In this document: piece by piece, positions 11,765-23,981 of the stretch
Layout of the letters: each line of letters starts with the position of its first letter
How positions within the stretch are numbered: position 1 is the first letter of the stretch
DNA from: Eledone cirrhosa
Lineage: Eukaryota
Length of the DNA: 64,000 nucleotides
Reading direction: 5' to 3'
Assembly (NCBI GenBank): GCA_964016885.1
Contig: OZ024740.1
Span: 298,406,001 to 298,470,000, forward strand
The notes under the pieces: model-generated
What the model was told of the DNA's origin: nothing
The model's database searches: none
The model's input: the letters and a program-made list of their open reading frames with translations, nothing else
Made by a program: the position numbers and the translations under genes

Positions 11765-12472
11765 ATGGCACATCTAGATTGGCACCCCAACGACTGGCTG
11801 CAGCTGTGGCACATCTATAGTGGCACCCCAACGACTGGCTGCAGCAGTGGCACCTCAACGACTGGCTGCAGCAGTGGCACATCTAGATTGGCACCCCAAC
11901 GACTGGCTGCAGCAGTGGCACATCTAGAGTGGCACCCCAACGACTGGCTGCAGCAGTGGCACATCTAGAGTGGCACCCCAATGACTGGCTGCAGCAGTGG
12001 CACATCTAGAGTGGCACCCCAATGACTGGCTGCAGCAGTGGCACCTCAACGACTGGCTGCAGCAGTGGCACCTCAACGACTGGCTGCAGCAGTGGCACAT
12101 CTAGATTGGCACCTCAACGACTGGCTGCATCTGTAGCACATCTATAGTGGCACCCCAACGACTGGCTGCAGCAGTGGCACCTCAACGACTGGCTGCAGCT
12201 GTAGCACATCTATAGTGGCACCCCAACGACTGGCTGCAGCAGTGGCACCTCAACGACTGGCTGCAGCTGTGGCACATCTAGAGTGGCACCCCAACGACTG
12301 GCTGCAGCAGTGGCACATCTAGAGTGGCACCCCAATGACTGGCTGCAGCAGTGGCACATCTAGAGTGGCACCCCAATGACTGGCTGCAGCAGTGGCACAT
12401 CTAGATTGGCACCTCAACGACTGGCTGCAGCTGTGGCACATCTATAGTGGCATCCCAACGACTGGCTGCAGT
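11765..12472. repeat. Minisatellite with interspersed 41-bp and 27-bp units
   Basis: Units gtggcacatctagagtggcaccccaacgactggctgcagca and gtggcacctcaacgactggctgcagca; no unique spacers. Confidence 0.95.
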
Positions 12473-12602
12473 AGTTGCGAGAACATGATGATGATATATG
12501 GTAATTCAATGTTAAGTAAATCAGAAGCAGGGGTGAGTAAAGGGAAAGTCACACAGACTAGAACACAACATTGACAATAATAAAAGAAACTTGAAATCTT
12601 AC

Positions 12603-12746
12603 CAAATTACGTGGAGTCACTCTAATAACATAAGGGATGAAATCTTCCAGTAACCATGCCTGCAGGTCAGCGACGCTGATATGGTTTGGCAGACTGGTTA
12701 ACATCATTGCCAATGAGTCAACAGACCTCAACTTTGCAATATCATA
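12603..12746 (-). CDS. KNTC1: KNTC1 coding exon 19 (YDIAKLRSVDSLAMMLTSLPNHISVADLQAWLLEDFIPYVIRVTPRNL)
   Basis: tag/GTAAGA, 144 nt; resembles WFKNDVIPFVRRTVP. Confidence 0.9.
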
Positions 12747-12893
12747 CTAAAGAAAGACAAGGAAAAGAAAGTTAGAAGAAAACAAGACCTAAAAGATAAA
12801 ACATAGTTTGAGCCTTCTTTATTTCATACATACTAATTGTCCCCTCCCCACTAGCACCCCTTCAATTCGTTTTAAAAGAAACCTATAACTTAC

Positions 12894-13002
12894 ATGGTGC
12901 CTTCTCCAAATTGTAAATGCTACATGAAGTAATTCACAACGGAAAGAGTTGATTATTTTCTGGAAGAGATCAGCTCTTTTGAACTCTTCCCATATTTCTG
13001 CT
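12894..13002 (-). CDS. KNTC1: KNTC1 coding exon 18 (AEIWEEFKRADLFQKIINSFRCELLHVAFTIWRRHH)
   Basis: cag/GTAAGT, 109 nt, phase 2/0; resembles WIEFL...AQYLWLRH. Confidence 0.9.
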
Positions 13003-13819
13003 CTGTAAGAATTATAAAAAAGAAATATAAATAAAATAAAAGCAATGATAAAACAGAGCATAATGAGGTAGGAAATTCTTCAGAAATCTAGAATATATAT
13101 ATATATTTGTATGTAAAAGTAATAACAAAAATAACAAAACAAATGGCACAGTACATGGAAAAAATATATTAGTTTAAAGCTTATATAAAATTCTTTATTG
13201 TCTCTGTCTGCCTGTCTTTTCCTTATGCATTCCCAAATGGCTCAACCGAATCGAATCAAATTTTACAAGGTAAAATTTGATTTGATTAGTATTAGACCTG
13301 AGAGTGCCAACATATAATTTTTATTTTTATTTGGATTAAAGCAATATAACACTTTATCTAAAATAATCTACTATAGACAACTATAAGTAAACGGATATTT
13401 TATAACACGATGACGACGTCACATTTTATATATGAGTGTACGTGTCTGTGATATGTTACGCTTTAGTAAGTTACATACACACACATCTACACATTCATAA
13501 ATGTTTTGCAGCCAGCATCTCCGATTCAAACGCTGGCTTACACACACACAAAGACATGCATACATACACCCACACATGCGCACAAACACACTCATTTATA
13601 CAACAATTATCTGTATCTCCTTATAATATATAACCAGCAATTTGTCTGTCTGTCCGACGCGTAGAGAGAGAATGAGAATGAAAGAAAGAGACAGACTACA
13701 AGAAGGGGATAGCGGGAGGGAGAGAGAGAGAGACGCCGGAAGAGGGGAAGGAAAGCTATGTCGTGCTGTCTGCATTACGATACATATATATATACACACA
13801 CACACTGAGTGCGTCATAA

Positions 13820-14418
13820 TGACGTAATGTAGACAGCCAGACATACAGACAGATATTATAAGGGCGCAACGTTATATCTATGTATCTATCTAAAAAGAAA
13901 GACTAAGAATTATATAGAGAGAACGCTAAATCGCCTAATGCGGTCCCTAGGGCATTGAAAATTTGAAATAATTTTTGCTCAAAACACTCACAGGACCATA
14001 AGTATTACATGTCTAAAGTTTGAAAACAATCGGTTGGATGGTTCTCAAGTTTTAGTGAGCAGACAGACAGACATTCTCTGTTTTAGATATATAGACTGGC
14101 AGAAAACCGCCCCCCGGTGGTTTTCTGCTAGTCTATATATATAAAACTGAGGATGTCTGTCTGTGTGTGTGTGAGTTTGAACCCCTAAAAGTAGAGAAGC
14201 ACCCAACCGACTGTTTTCAAACTTTACACATGTAATACTTATGTTTCAGGGAGTGTTCTGAGCAAAAAAATTTTCAAATTTTCAATGCCCTAGGGACCAC
14301 ATCAGGCGATTTAGCGATCTCTCTCTATAATTCTTAGTCTTTCTCTTTTTAGATACATACATATAATGTCGCGCCCTTATAATATCTGTCTGTATGCCTG
14401 GCTGTCTGCATTATGTCA
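13820..14418. repeat. About 600-bp imperfect palindrome formed by two head-to-head Helitron-like 5' ends
   Basis: 13820-14095 is the diverged reverse complement of 14132-14418; central hairpin at 14096-14131. Confidence 0.88.
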
Positions 14419-14711
14419 CTTCCTACAATTCGCTCTGCGTTCAGAACGCGCCCTTATAATATCTGTCTGGCTGTCTGCTGCCTCCGGTTATTCTGCCACC
14501 CTTGCTCAAGACAAATCTCACACTCATTCCCCAAACAGTTGGTAAGTGCACACAACTTCTTCCTCACGTTTTAAGCCACATTGTTGCTTACTTACGTTCC
14601 ACCAAACCCTTACTTCTTTGCCAGCCGTGGTTGTGGCAATACTAAGCTTAGCTAAAGCGGTTATATATTTCACAATACCTTATCCCGTGCAACGCCGGGT
14701 ACCAGTGCTAG
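14132..14711 (+). mobile_element. Non-autonomous Helitron
   Basis: 5' TCTATATATATAAAA...(CTGT)n; 3' hairpin cccgtgcaacgccggg followed by CTAG. Confidence 0.75.
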
Positions 14712-15270
14712 TATAATATAAAATATTAGAACTTCCATCACCCTTTTGAGAAATGTGGACTCATTACTTCTATGCAATGGCATACACTTTACAGCCAAGA
14801 GAATGAGGAACCATCTCCTAGAAGTCACTATTTTTGGAAGCAATCATCAAGGAGAAAATGCATTTATTCTCAATATTCCTCTCATGCCTTCCTCTACCGA
14901 GCTGCCGTTCAAATTCTCAAGACGTCAGTTTACTATTTGAGCCATTTTTGCTATGACCATGAATAAAGCTGAGGCTCAAAGTCTCAAAGTTGTAGAATTG
15001 AATATGAGAAAATCGGTTTTTACCCATGGACAGTTAAGTGTAGGTTGTTCACGAGTAGGGACACCTAAAAATCTTCATATACTAGGCACTAACAGTAAAA
15101 CAAAGAATTTGGTGCAACTAGAAGATTGTTTTTACTGTTTTTTGTTTTGTCACACACACCACGGTCTCGCCTCATACTGTAAGCCAGATAAATATCCAAT
15201 ACAGTCATTTTCTGTTCTACCTGTCTTCTCTTATCATGTTTACCTGGGCGAAATTGGGTAAATCAGCTAG
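14712..15270 (+). mobile_element. Helitron deletion derivative with decayed PIF1 helicase C-terminus
   Basis: LCNG...IPLMPS...PFKFSRRQF*...AMTMNKAEAQSL...VFTHGQLSVGCSRV; ends gggcgaaattgggtaaatcagCTAG. Confidence 0.85.
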
Positions 15271-15606
15271 TATATAACAAAACATATGATTATAGTGTAG
15301 CACTTCACTATTTTCTTCAGTAAGATGAGAGATGCTCTATGCACATTTCAGGCCTTAGGTCATCAGGAGTTTAAAGTGGACGATTAAGTTATTGACAGAT
15401 AAATATCCTGTTGTTAAAGACTTTTCAGGTAGCAGAGCATTAAAATTTAATAAAAAAAAAAAAAAAAAAAAAAAATCAAAAACATGAAATTATATTTATT
15501 CCTTCATTTCTACATATAGAAATGAAGGATTAAATAGAATTTCATATCGTAGATTCTTTTCTAATATTGAATATATATAAAAAAAACAAAAAAAAAAAAA
15601 ACTTAC

Positions 15607-15668
15607 GTGTAGTATTGACGACCAAAAGCAAAACAAAAGGTGTGTAAACGGTACAGCGTCTGCTTCAC
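15607..15668 (-). CDS. KNTC1: KNTC1 coding exon 17 (VKQTLYRLHTFCFAFGRQYY)
   Basis: cag/GTAAGT, 62 nt, phase 0/2; resembles KLTTFYGAFG. Confidence 0.88.
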
Positions 15669-16579
15669 CTGAAACAGGGAGAAGAGAGAACTAAGTGAAC
15701 TGATTAAAAACTTCACCTAGATGAAACGTTCCCTCAGACAACAAACATGGTTAATCTAAAATGGGTGTGTTTGGTCATAAATAAGTCTGATGTAGCAAGC
15801 TTTACTTTGATAGAAAAACAGAGGAGAATTAGTACATGGTATGTTAGTGGCTTAGTCTCTAAAGGACACCAGTCCACTGCAGGGCTAAATCCCCAACTAT
15901 AGCTGGTACTCATTTTCAGCTGAGTATACTACTGGAGCAATGTGAAATGAAGTGTTTTACTCAAGAACACAACACACAACCCAGCTCAGAAATTGAACCC
16001 ACAACATTATGATCATAAGTCCAACACACTTACCACTAGGTCACGCGTCTCCACTCTAAAGACATTACTAACCTTAATTTAGAAATAAACTTTACTAGTT
16101 TGAATCAGGTCTGAAATCATGTACGTATAAAGGCGTACGTAAACAAGAATGAAGGACATATTGGAAATGAAACCAATCAAAACAATGTACAGGTGTGCTG
16201 AAAAGTTCCTGGCTTAAAGGTATCATGAAAGGGTAGAGCTGTTAGCTTTACAAGGGGGGTAAGACTGCTGCAATAAGTGCGTGAATCTGAGAGGGGAATA
16301 TCTATATAAATAAAATTCTAATTGTGTCAGTCCGCTCATGAGATTAAATGAAAGAATGGGGAAGGTGAAAATTCTACAGCGAAAAAAAAATTCAAACAGT
16401 GTTTCAACTTTTGTACAAAGCTCTGTGTGAGTATGTAAAAGGGAGGAAAGGGGATAGTGTAAAAACTACGCTCTCTGTGAGTGTGTCTCCACAGGAGAAT
16501 GAACTGGGGAGTAAATAATTGTCATCATCATCTTGGTGATCCTCCACAACATCATCATCATCGTTTTAAGATTCTGTTC

Positions 16580-17140
16580 AGGGACAGTATGACACTGGGA
16601 ACATAGGATGGTAAAATATGTCAAAGAGAAGATAAGGTGCTGTACTATGGCACTGCTGAGCTAGGGTGGCACACTATGGAATTGGGGAGCTTCAGTGACA
16701 CAGTATGGAAATATGGAACTAGGATGTCGCAGTATGGTGATGGGGAGATAGGGTGGAAAAATATGGCACATCAGAGCTAGGGTGCCGCACTATGGCACTG
16801 CGGAGCTATGGTGACACATTATGGCACTGCGGAGCTATGGTGACACATTATGGCACAGCGGAGCTATGGTGGAAACGTATGGTACTGGGTGGCTAGGGTG
16901 GGACAGTATGGCACTGGGAAGATAGGATGGTAAAATATGGCAATAGGGAGATATCTTCCCATTGCCATATTTAGGAGCTAGGGTGACATATTATGGCGGG
17001 GAGCTTCAGTGACACAGTATGGCAATATGGAACTGAGGTGGCACAGTATGACAATGGGGAGATAATGAGGGAAAATATGGCACTTTGGAGCCAAGGTGCC
17101 GCAGTATGGCTAGGGTGGCACGCTATGAAACTGGGGGTTT
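16580..17140. repeat. Degenerate minisatellite of about 29 bp (tatggcactgcggagctatggtgacacat)
   Basis: Visible periodicity, with near-exact units at 16791-16870. Confidence 0.8.
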
Positions 17141-17201
17141 TGAATGACACAAAAACAAGATGGTGTAGGACAGAACAAAGGAGACACAAAATAACAAATC
17201 A

Positions 17202-17232
17202 GTCACTGAAGAGGTAACGAAAGACCTTTGAC
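17202..17232 (+). ncRNA. Degenerate hammerhead motif (CUGAAGA variant, stem II partly deleted)
   Basis: GUCA CUGAAGA GGUAAC GAAA GACC UU UGAC; related copies at about 36131-36160 and 51375-51420. Confidence 0.45.
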
Positions 17233-17368
17233 AATAAATAAACAACCATCCTGTTATTGAACCAACCAACTGGAAATTTGTAATAAACTGAAATGAAAAC
17301 CAGCAGGTGCATGTGGTTTTATTGGCAGCAAGCAGGGAAAAGTGGACGTAAAATGATGATGATGATGA

Positions 17369-17391
<23 letters not shown>

Positions 17392-17401
<10 letters not shown>

Positions 17402-18279
17402 TTGTAGTTCCTGTCTGTTTGTTTGTTTGTTTGTTCACAAACTCCTCCTATGATTTTGGAAATAGACCCGCATAACCATATGTATTCTGAAACTACATTG
17501 CCCAGGGTACTTGGATAAGTATATTTCATTTTAATCAAAATTTTCCCTTCAATTTATATGAAATTTAAACCATAAGTAAATGACAAGATATGATGCCTAT
17601 TCACAAAATTTCAGCAAATTTCAATAATATTAAGACACCCTAATGTGAAAATTTTGGCCAATAAATGGAACAAGATGTGTTGTAACAAGATTGCATGAGA
17701 ACTTGATTGAAGCAACCATTATATTCGGGGCTTACAAAGGTCAAGCTCTTCTCATTCCGAGGATTCTACTGATACCAAGTGATAGTGAGTTGTCTTTTAC
17801 ATTTAAGAGGCTGCAGTTCCCAGTGAGGTCATGCTTTGGCATGAGCATCAATAAGAGTCAAGGTCAAATTTTCAAAACTATTGGTATAGATCTGACAAAC
17901 CCATGTTTCAGTCATGGCATGTTTTATGTGGCTGTTTCAAGGACTGGAACTTCAAAAATCTCTACATTTTAGCCAATCAAAGAAATGTTGGTTACGCAGA
18001 AGTTCTTCATTAGGACAAAGTATGAAATATATTTTCATGTATTTATTATGTTAAAAATAAATAATTAAAATAAGAATAAGATTTAATAATGTAATTTTGA
18101 TTTGATATATTACAAAATATGTTTTCCAATTTTTCATGCATTACATCTTACATTTAGTAATATTGAAATGCAGAGTTTTTCTCCATAAATTATATCACTG
18201 ATTTAAAATCAATCATCATTTTCTTACAAAAAAAAAAAAAAATGTGTGAAATGCAGCAAGGGGCGGGTAATTCGACTAG
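17392..18279 (+). mobile_element. Helitron deletion derivative with PIF1 helicase C-terminus
   Basis: LIPRILLIPSD...FKRLQFPVRSCFGMSINKSQGQ...CFSHGMFYVAVSR; ends ...gggcgggtaattcgaCTAG. Confidence 0.85.
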
Positions 18280-19651
18280 TATACATACACACACACATAT
18301 AAAATATTCCTTCAATATGATTTTTCATCTACTTTAAATTTAGGTTGTATCTAAATAAATTAATTTTAATAGAAATTGATAAATTCGGCTATAATACATA
18401 CATTATTTCTTTCTAAATGATTATACAGTTTTAATATCATCTACTTTAAACAACATTGTTGAAGTGATAATTTTTTTAACATAGATAATTATCTCCCTTC
18501 TTCTAAAATAAATAATTTATCACATAATATTAAAGCATACTTATTAAAAAAAGTTAAATATAAAAAGAACCATATTAACTATTAAATACTTTTCTATTCG
18601 ATAATTTCTACATCTAAATAATAAAGGATAGCTTACCTATAAATTCTATAATCCAAATTTTTTCCCCTTTATTATTATATCTCCATAATATTATCCCTGT
18701 CTTAACAGAATATTTTTTCCTGATACAATATATACTTTTAATTAAATACCTATCTATAATAATTATAAGTGAAATTAGGACTGAATAACGGTCAATTTTT
18801 GTTTTGTTTTTTTTCTGACCAATTTAATTACGCTATATTTTAAATAATTTATAAAACGTTTAAACCAGCTGTAATGGTTTCCCCCCAATCACGTAATAAA
18901 TACCCTTACATACTGAGGTTTTTCTAGTCATATGCCTGGTGGTCATCGATCTGTCCAGTTCGTTTGTCTACCAGCATATCATGAAACAATTATACATTTT
19001 CTATGTATTTTGTCTGAGGAGAACATATTTTGCTATATGTTATACATAAAACTTTGCATCTTCGAAATATATATAATGAAATAAGTAGAGATGATCTGCG
19101 ATTCTATCACAACACGTAAAGAGAGAAGAGTAGTTTGACCACCTCATACTACTCTCTATGTCTACTGCCTGCGTGAACGTGTGTGTAAAAGGAAGGAAGG
19201 AAGGGTATGGTAAGAACTATCCTGAGTGTGAGTGTATCTATATGTGTATGTTTGAGTAAATGTATGTGTGTGTGTGTATGAACGTATCTGTGTGAGTCTG
19301 TATTTTTGTAAGTGTGTCTGTGTTTGCACGTGCATATTTATATACCCATACATATAAATGTATACATATACACACACGCACACATAAGCGTCAGCATATA
19401 GAAAAAAATTCTAGTGTTGAATAAAATCAAAATTAACTGATCCTCCTGTATTTTCTTTTACCCAAAGCCAGGAACTTTTCAGCAATCTGGTAGATATAAA
19501 TCTTGTAAAAAATATATATTGCAAAGTCCAGAAAATTGTGTTAATGTTTGGCCGAGAACAGCTCTGCACTAAGGATGACTGGATAAAAGATCTTGTGTAG
19601 AAATCTATACAAATATCTATATTACTAATATAAGAGGAATCAGATGTAGAG

Positions 19652-19922
19652 TGCAGGAGAGAAGACGGCATTGGTATAGTCAAGTGATGTATATGGATGA
19701 TAATCATTGGGTGAAAAAGTGCCAAGAAATCTCAGTGGAAGGGAGATACAATAGAGGGAGACCAAAGAAGAGCTGGGCAGAGGCTGTGAGAGCTGATCTC
19801 AAATTGCTGAAGCGCACAGAGAAGGTGGCAAAGGACTGCAGTGAGTGGAGAAATGCTATGCTGGAAAAGACTTGTCCAACCCATGCAATTATGGAAAAAC
19901 GAACATATGATGATAATGAAGA
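19652..19922 (+). mobile_element. RTE LINE 3' fragment
   Basis: QERRRHWY...RGRPKKSWAEAVRADLK; similar fragments near 32440-32650, 33020-33270, 36210-36390 and 61380-61650. Confidence 0.75.
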
Positions 19923-20441
19923 TACTAAAATAAATATACTGAATATATGATCCTTTGACCTCTCTCAAAAATATATTTCACCTGTAATCCAACCCCATAC
20001 ATCTTTAACAATGAAGTATATTTTAAATGATAACAACAATGGCAACTGCTGCCAGGCAGAGACACATTTGTTGAGATTATGATTTTGGTGACTATTAACT
20101 TTTTGCTAATATTTATATACACACACTTTGTTTCCATCAGGTTTATCTCTGATCTTGATCAGATGTCTTATTTTTGGATGTGTACATACAAAACCAGATA
20201 TGGACTAGGAAACTTTATTTTCAAATGACGTGTATTAATACACTTATCCATTTGACCACATATGTGTGTGCCACTCGTCTAGTAGATGAGAATATTACCA
20301 TCCTTAGTTTAGAAATGAAGATTCTTGTTTGAATTCAATCTGGTACTATATTAACATCCAGGAATAAAATACCCATTGGTTATCAGATATCAAACCAGCT
20401 GAAATGTAGTGTAAATGTAAATATTACAATATACTTCAGCT

Positions 20442-20797
20442 TTAACTTTTTCATGACTGCATTTCTAATGAAATACACTCTATTTTAATTAATTAATGAA
20501 GAATTTCATTATTAAAATAGTATCTTAATGTAAGGTTCTTGTATAAAATTATGTTGGGAGAATTGAATTTAAATTGGAGACCTTTAAAATGGGTGGTATT
20601 ATTTCATAGAACCAGAGCTGGTTTTACTAAAATTATTAATTATTTCATTACAACATTACAAAGACAGTATCTGAATGTAAGGTTCTTATATAAAATTATG
20701 TTGGAAGATTTTAATTTTATTTGAAAACTTTTCTAATGGTTGGTTTTGTTTCATAGAACCAGATCCAGTTTTGGCTAGGATGGTAACTAAAGGCTTA
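20442..20797. mobile_element. TTAA-flanked MITE (second family) with internal tandem duplication
   Basis: ttaactttttcatgactgcatttctaatg...ggtaactaaaggcttaa; related copies near 1783-1946, 4646-4800, 31322-31552 and 59609-59964. Confidence 0.6.
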
Positions 20798-20838
20798 ATG
20801 ATGCGGCTAATTGTACAATATTGTTTTTTTTATCTTAC

Positions 20839-20895
20839 TTTATTTAGACGGATGTTATCAAACTCTGTTTTTTCATTAGCTGGTTTGTTGGTCAA
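20839..20895 (-). CDS. KNTC1: KNTC1 coding exon 16 (LTNKPANEKTEFDNIRLNK)
   Basis: Strong pyrimidine tract plus cag, GTAAGA donor, 57 nt, phase 0/0; the protein sequence is poorly conserved. Confidence 0.75.
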
Positions 20896-21600
20896 CTGAA
20901 AAAGAGAAAAACGATTACTGAACAGTTAAAAGAATGAACACTATAAAACAGAGAACATTGTTACAATACCTAGAATGGAAAAGTAAGACAACTTCTCTCT
21001 AATAGTCCGGGTCATTATTATTCTTGCTTTTCCATGCTAGAATGGATTTAATGAAACATTTTCGAGGCAGTTTTTCTAAAGCTGGATGCCCTTTCTGGTG
21101 GCAATTTGCTAAGCTGTGGGATGTATTGTTTATGTGGGGCATAAAGGTTACCACTTGTTTTAAATGGTGTTTATATGAAGATGCATTGACAGAGAGGCAC
21201 ACATACACATTTTCTCTTAGTCTTAGGTTCTTCCATACCTTTCAGTGCATTGAGCAGTGCGTAGTTGCCAACGCTCACGATCAGCGGTGGTTTTTTCACG
21301 TCTGTGCCAAGTGATGATTTTAATAATGATTTCTGGCATATATTAGATCATATTTGAGGAAGTGAATAGCTAATAAAATCTACTAATACTTGACACCAGA
21401 AGAATGAAAAGCAAAGCTGATCCTAGTAGGGTTTGAATTTAGAATGTAAAGAGACAACTATAAACTTCAAGGCCTTTTGTCTTTTTGTCTGACTCTCTAC
21501 TGATTCTACCATCAACTGCCCTGATAATAATAACAACAATGAACATTTTAGGTAAGAGAAAAGCCACAAAAATAGCAACTTTGATAGACTATATACTTAC

Positions 21601-21690
21601 GCGTAACTTAATGTGTTCTAGAAGTTGGTGTGAGTCCGAGAAACTGGTCAAACTTGGGGATAAGCAAGATTGTACAACAAAATCATCATC
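21601..21690 (-). CDS. KNTC1: KNTC1 coding exon 15 (DDDFVVQSCLSPSLTSFSDSHQLLEHIKLR)
   Basis: cag/GTAAGT, 90 nt; resembles DDEFVVNYCL. Confidence 0.92.
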
Positions 21691-23861
21691 CTGAAAAATA
21701 GAAGAAAATTGTTTAGAGAAGATATTGTTAGCAGGAAATATTCAAAACACCAAATAAAGTAATTTGCAATCAAAATGTATTTTAATCAATCAGTCCCTGT
21801 CAAGGAATTGAATGTAGTGTACAAGAGAGATGATAATGGAGGTATGGGCATGTGATGTGTAAAGAGAGCAAGAGAGTTGTATACAAAAAAGGACCAAGCA
21901 GCATTTGAGGTAAAAGAGGGAGACCAAAGAAGACAACATTGTGGAGAATGACCTCATGAAGGAAATAACACAGAACTGAACTGACTGATAATATGCCATA
22001 ATACAAAAGACCCATCCATCAGTACAAACACTGCAGCACTAAAAGTAAATGTGGTGAGAGACTGAAGGCTACAGTGTTTGACAATCAAATGGAGACAATG
22101 TAGAATTTGAGAGGACTTTTCAGTCTCTTCCTAATGACAACAGCTCTAGTGCTAGTGTTTTGATAAAATGTACATATTACACCCTGTAAAGTGGTAGAGC
22201 TGGTGTTATGAAAAATGCACACAGGATACCCTGTAAGTGATCCAACAATAGAAACTGTGCCAAATATCGAATGTAGTTATCAAAATTCGGCACTCAGGCT
22301 GCGACAATCTGTCCAACCCATACCAGCATAGAAAGCCGATGTAAAATGATGATGATGAAACAGTGTAAAGCAGATGTGATCATATTCACCTAGATTTCAA
22401 AAGCTTTCTACCATTTCTAGTGAGTTTTCTGAACAGTTGAAAGAATATATTTCTTGACTACTAATAAACATGTTACATACAGCCTAACAGAGATCCCACT
22501 ACCACTCTTGTGTATCCAGTTCCTACCCCATTGTTTTTTTACACCTTGAGGAAACATTTCCTTGATGGTAGCAAGGTCTTTCTTTTTTCTCCTTACAAAA
22601 AAACTTTAGTCTTTGCTAGGTTTACTTTGAGGCCAATTGATTCCATGTCTGGAACTTCAGTTCTATTGTTTCGGCTATGAAATGTAGATCACTTGCATAT
22701 AGGAGCTTCTACAGATAACCAAGTATTAATTCTTGTTTAAGACTATAATAAATAGGATGGGGCTGATAAATGAGCTTTGGTGGGCTCCTACATGCACACT
22801 AAACACATTGCTAACCTGCAAATTACTGGTTGCACCTCTGTGCATGGCTTGTACAGCCACCACAAGCCATTCTTCTCTCTCTAGCTTCCTAAGCACCCAC
22901 CAGATTACAGAACAAATTCTTAGCTAAATTTTGATGGGATCACACCCATCCCTTTCCTCTCAAATCCCACCACAACTGTCATACATTCACAACATATTTT
23001 CTTATCTTTTTGCATCATCCTCCTTACGCTAACGGCATCTTGACATCCTATCTTACCTACCAACTGCCACTTACCCATGACATCATACTTATCCTTCTTC
23101 CTCACTCCTAAGCATGTTACATTTGGGACAAGTCATCCTCTCACCCTCTGGAACAGAGAGGGCTCCTTAGTCAAGTCCAATGACCAACAACCTCTCTAGT
23201 GCTGTTCCATGAAAATTGCATGCAGTACATTCTGTAAAATGGTTGGTGATAGGAAGGGTATCCAGCTGTAGAAAACTTGCAAAACAAAGGATTGGGAGGA
23301 TTTTTCAGTTATGTCAAAGACATGACATCCCTAGTGCTGATACGGTGATAAAGCACACTCAGTACACTCTGTAAAAGGACAGAAATGAAAGCAAGATGCA
23401 TCCCCCATCCCATCTGAGCAATTAGTAACTCAGATGAAATACTGACTTGGTCTGTGATAACCTGTCCAATCCTGGCTAACAGAAAAAAAATGGATGTTAA
23501 ATGATGATAAACATGTTCTGCTGTTTTTATAAATTTTCCTAAGAACCCTGGATCAAATGGTGCTGCAGTATTTGTTTTATGACTGGATCTTGTCTTCAAC
23601 ATTTGCAAGAGTATGATGATATTTCCATAGATCATTTATTTTAACAGCTGGATTCCCTTCCTATACCCACTCTTGGGTCTCAAATAATCATCCCCCTGCC
23701 CTCGCTTATTAAATTTTGCTAATCTATCTCTGGTGAAATTTTATTTAAAGTGGTAGCATTCCTGCAACAATTAATTTTCTTTAGACAGAGAAGAGAAAGA
23801 AAACATTTATGTTGGCAGAAGATAAGGCTGAAATCAACAGAAGCAAATGAATTCTACTTAC

Positions 23862-23981
23862 TTTAACAAGTTTGAGAATAAGCCACAGTTTATCAGTTAG
23901 TTCTTTTTTATTCTCAGCAGTGTCTTCTCTCCCTGGAGACAACATATCTAAGATATGATTTAAATGGGCTTTGTGGAGAGA
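23862..23981 (-). CDS. KNTC1: KNTC1 coding exon 14 (SLHKAHLNHILDMLSPGREDTAENKKELTDKLWLILKLVK)
   Basis: cag/GTAAGT, 120 nt; resembles LVYKVKSNHILEKL. Confidence 0.9.

Noticed and set aside
11765-12472. CRISPR-like array or CTCF-site array
   Set aside because: No unique spacers, eukaryotic context and no cas genes; resemblance of CTCTAGATGTGCCA to the CTCF motif is weak.
15483-15545. AT-rich hairpin as a miRNA precursor (also 46560-46615)
   Set aside because: Low-complexity fold-backs typical of repeat remnants; no recognisable miRNA and no expression evidence.
14746-17972. Host PIF1 helicase gene
   Set aside because: Short fragments with stops, no splice structure, bounded by Helitron CTAG ends.
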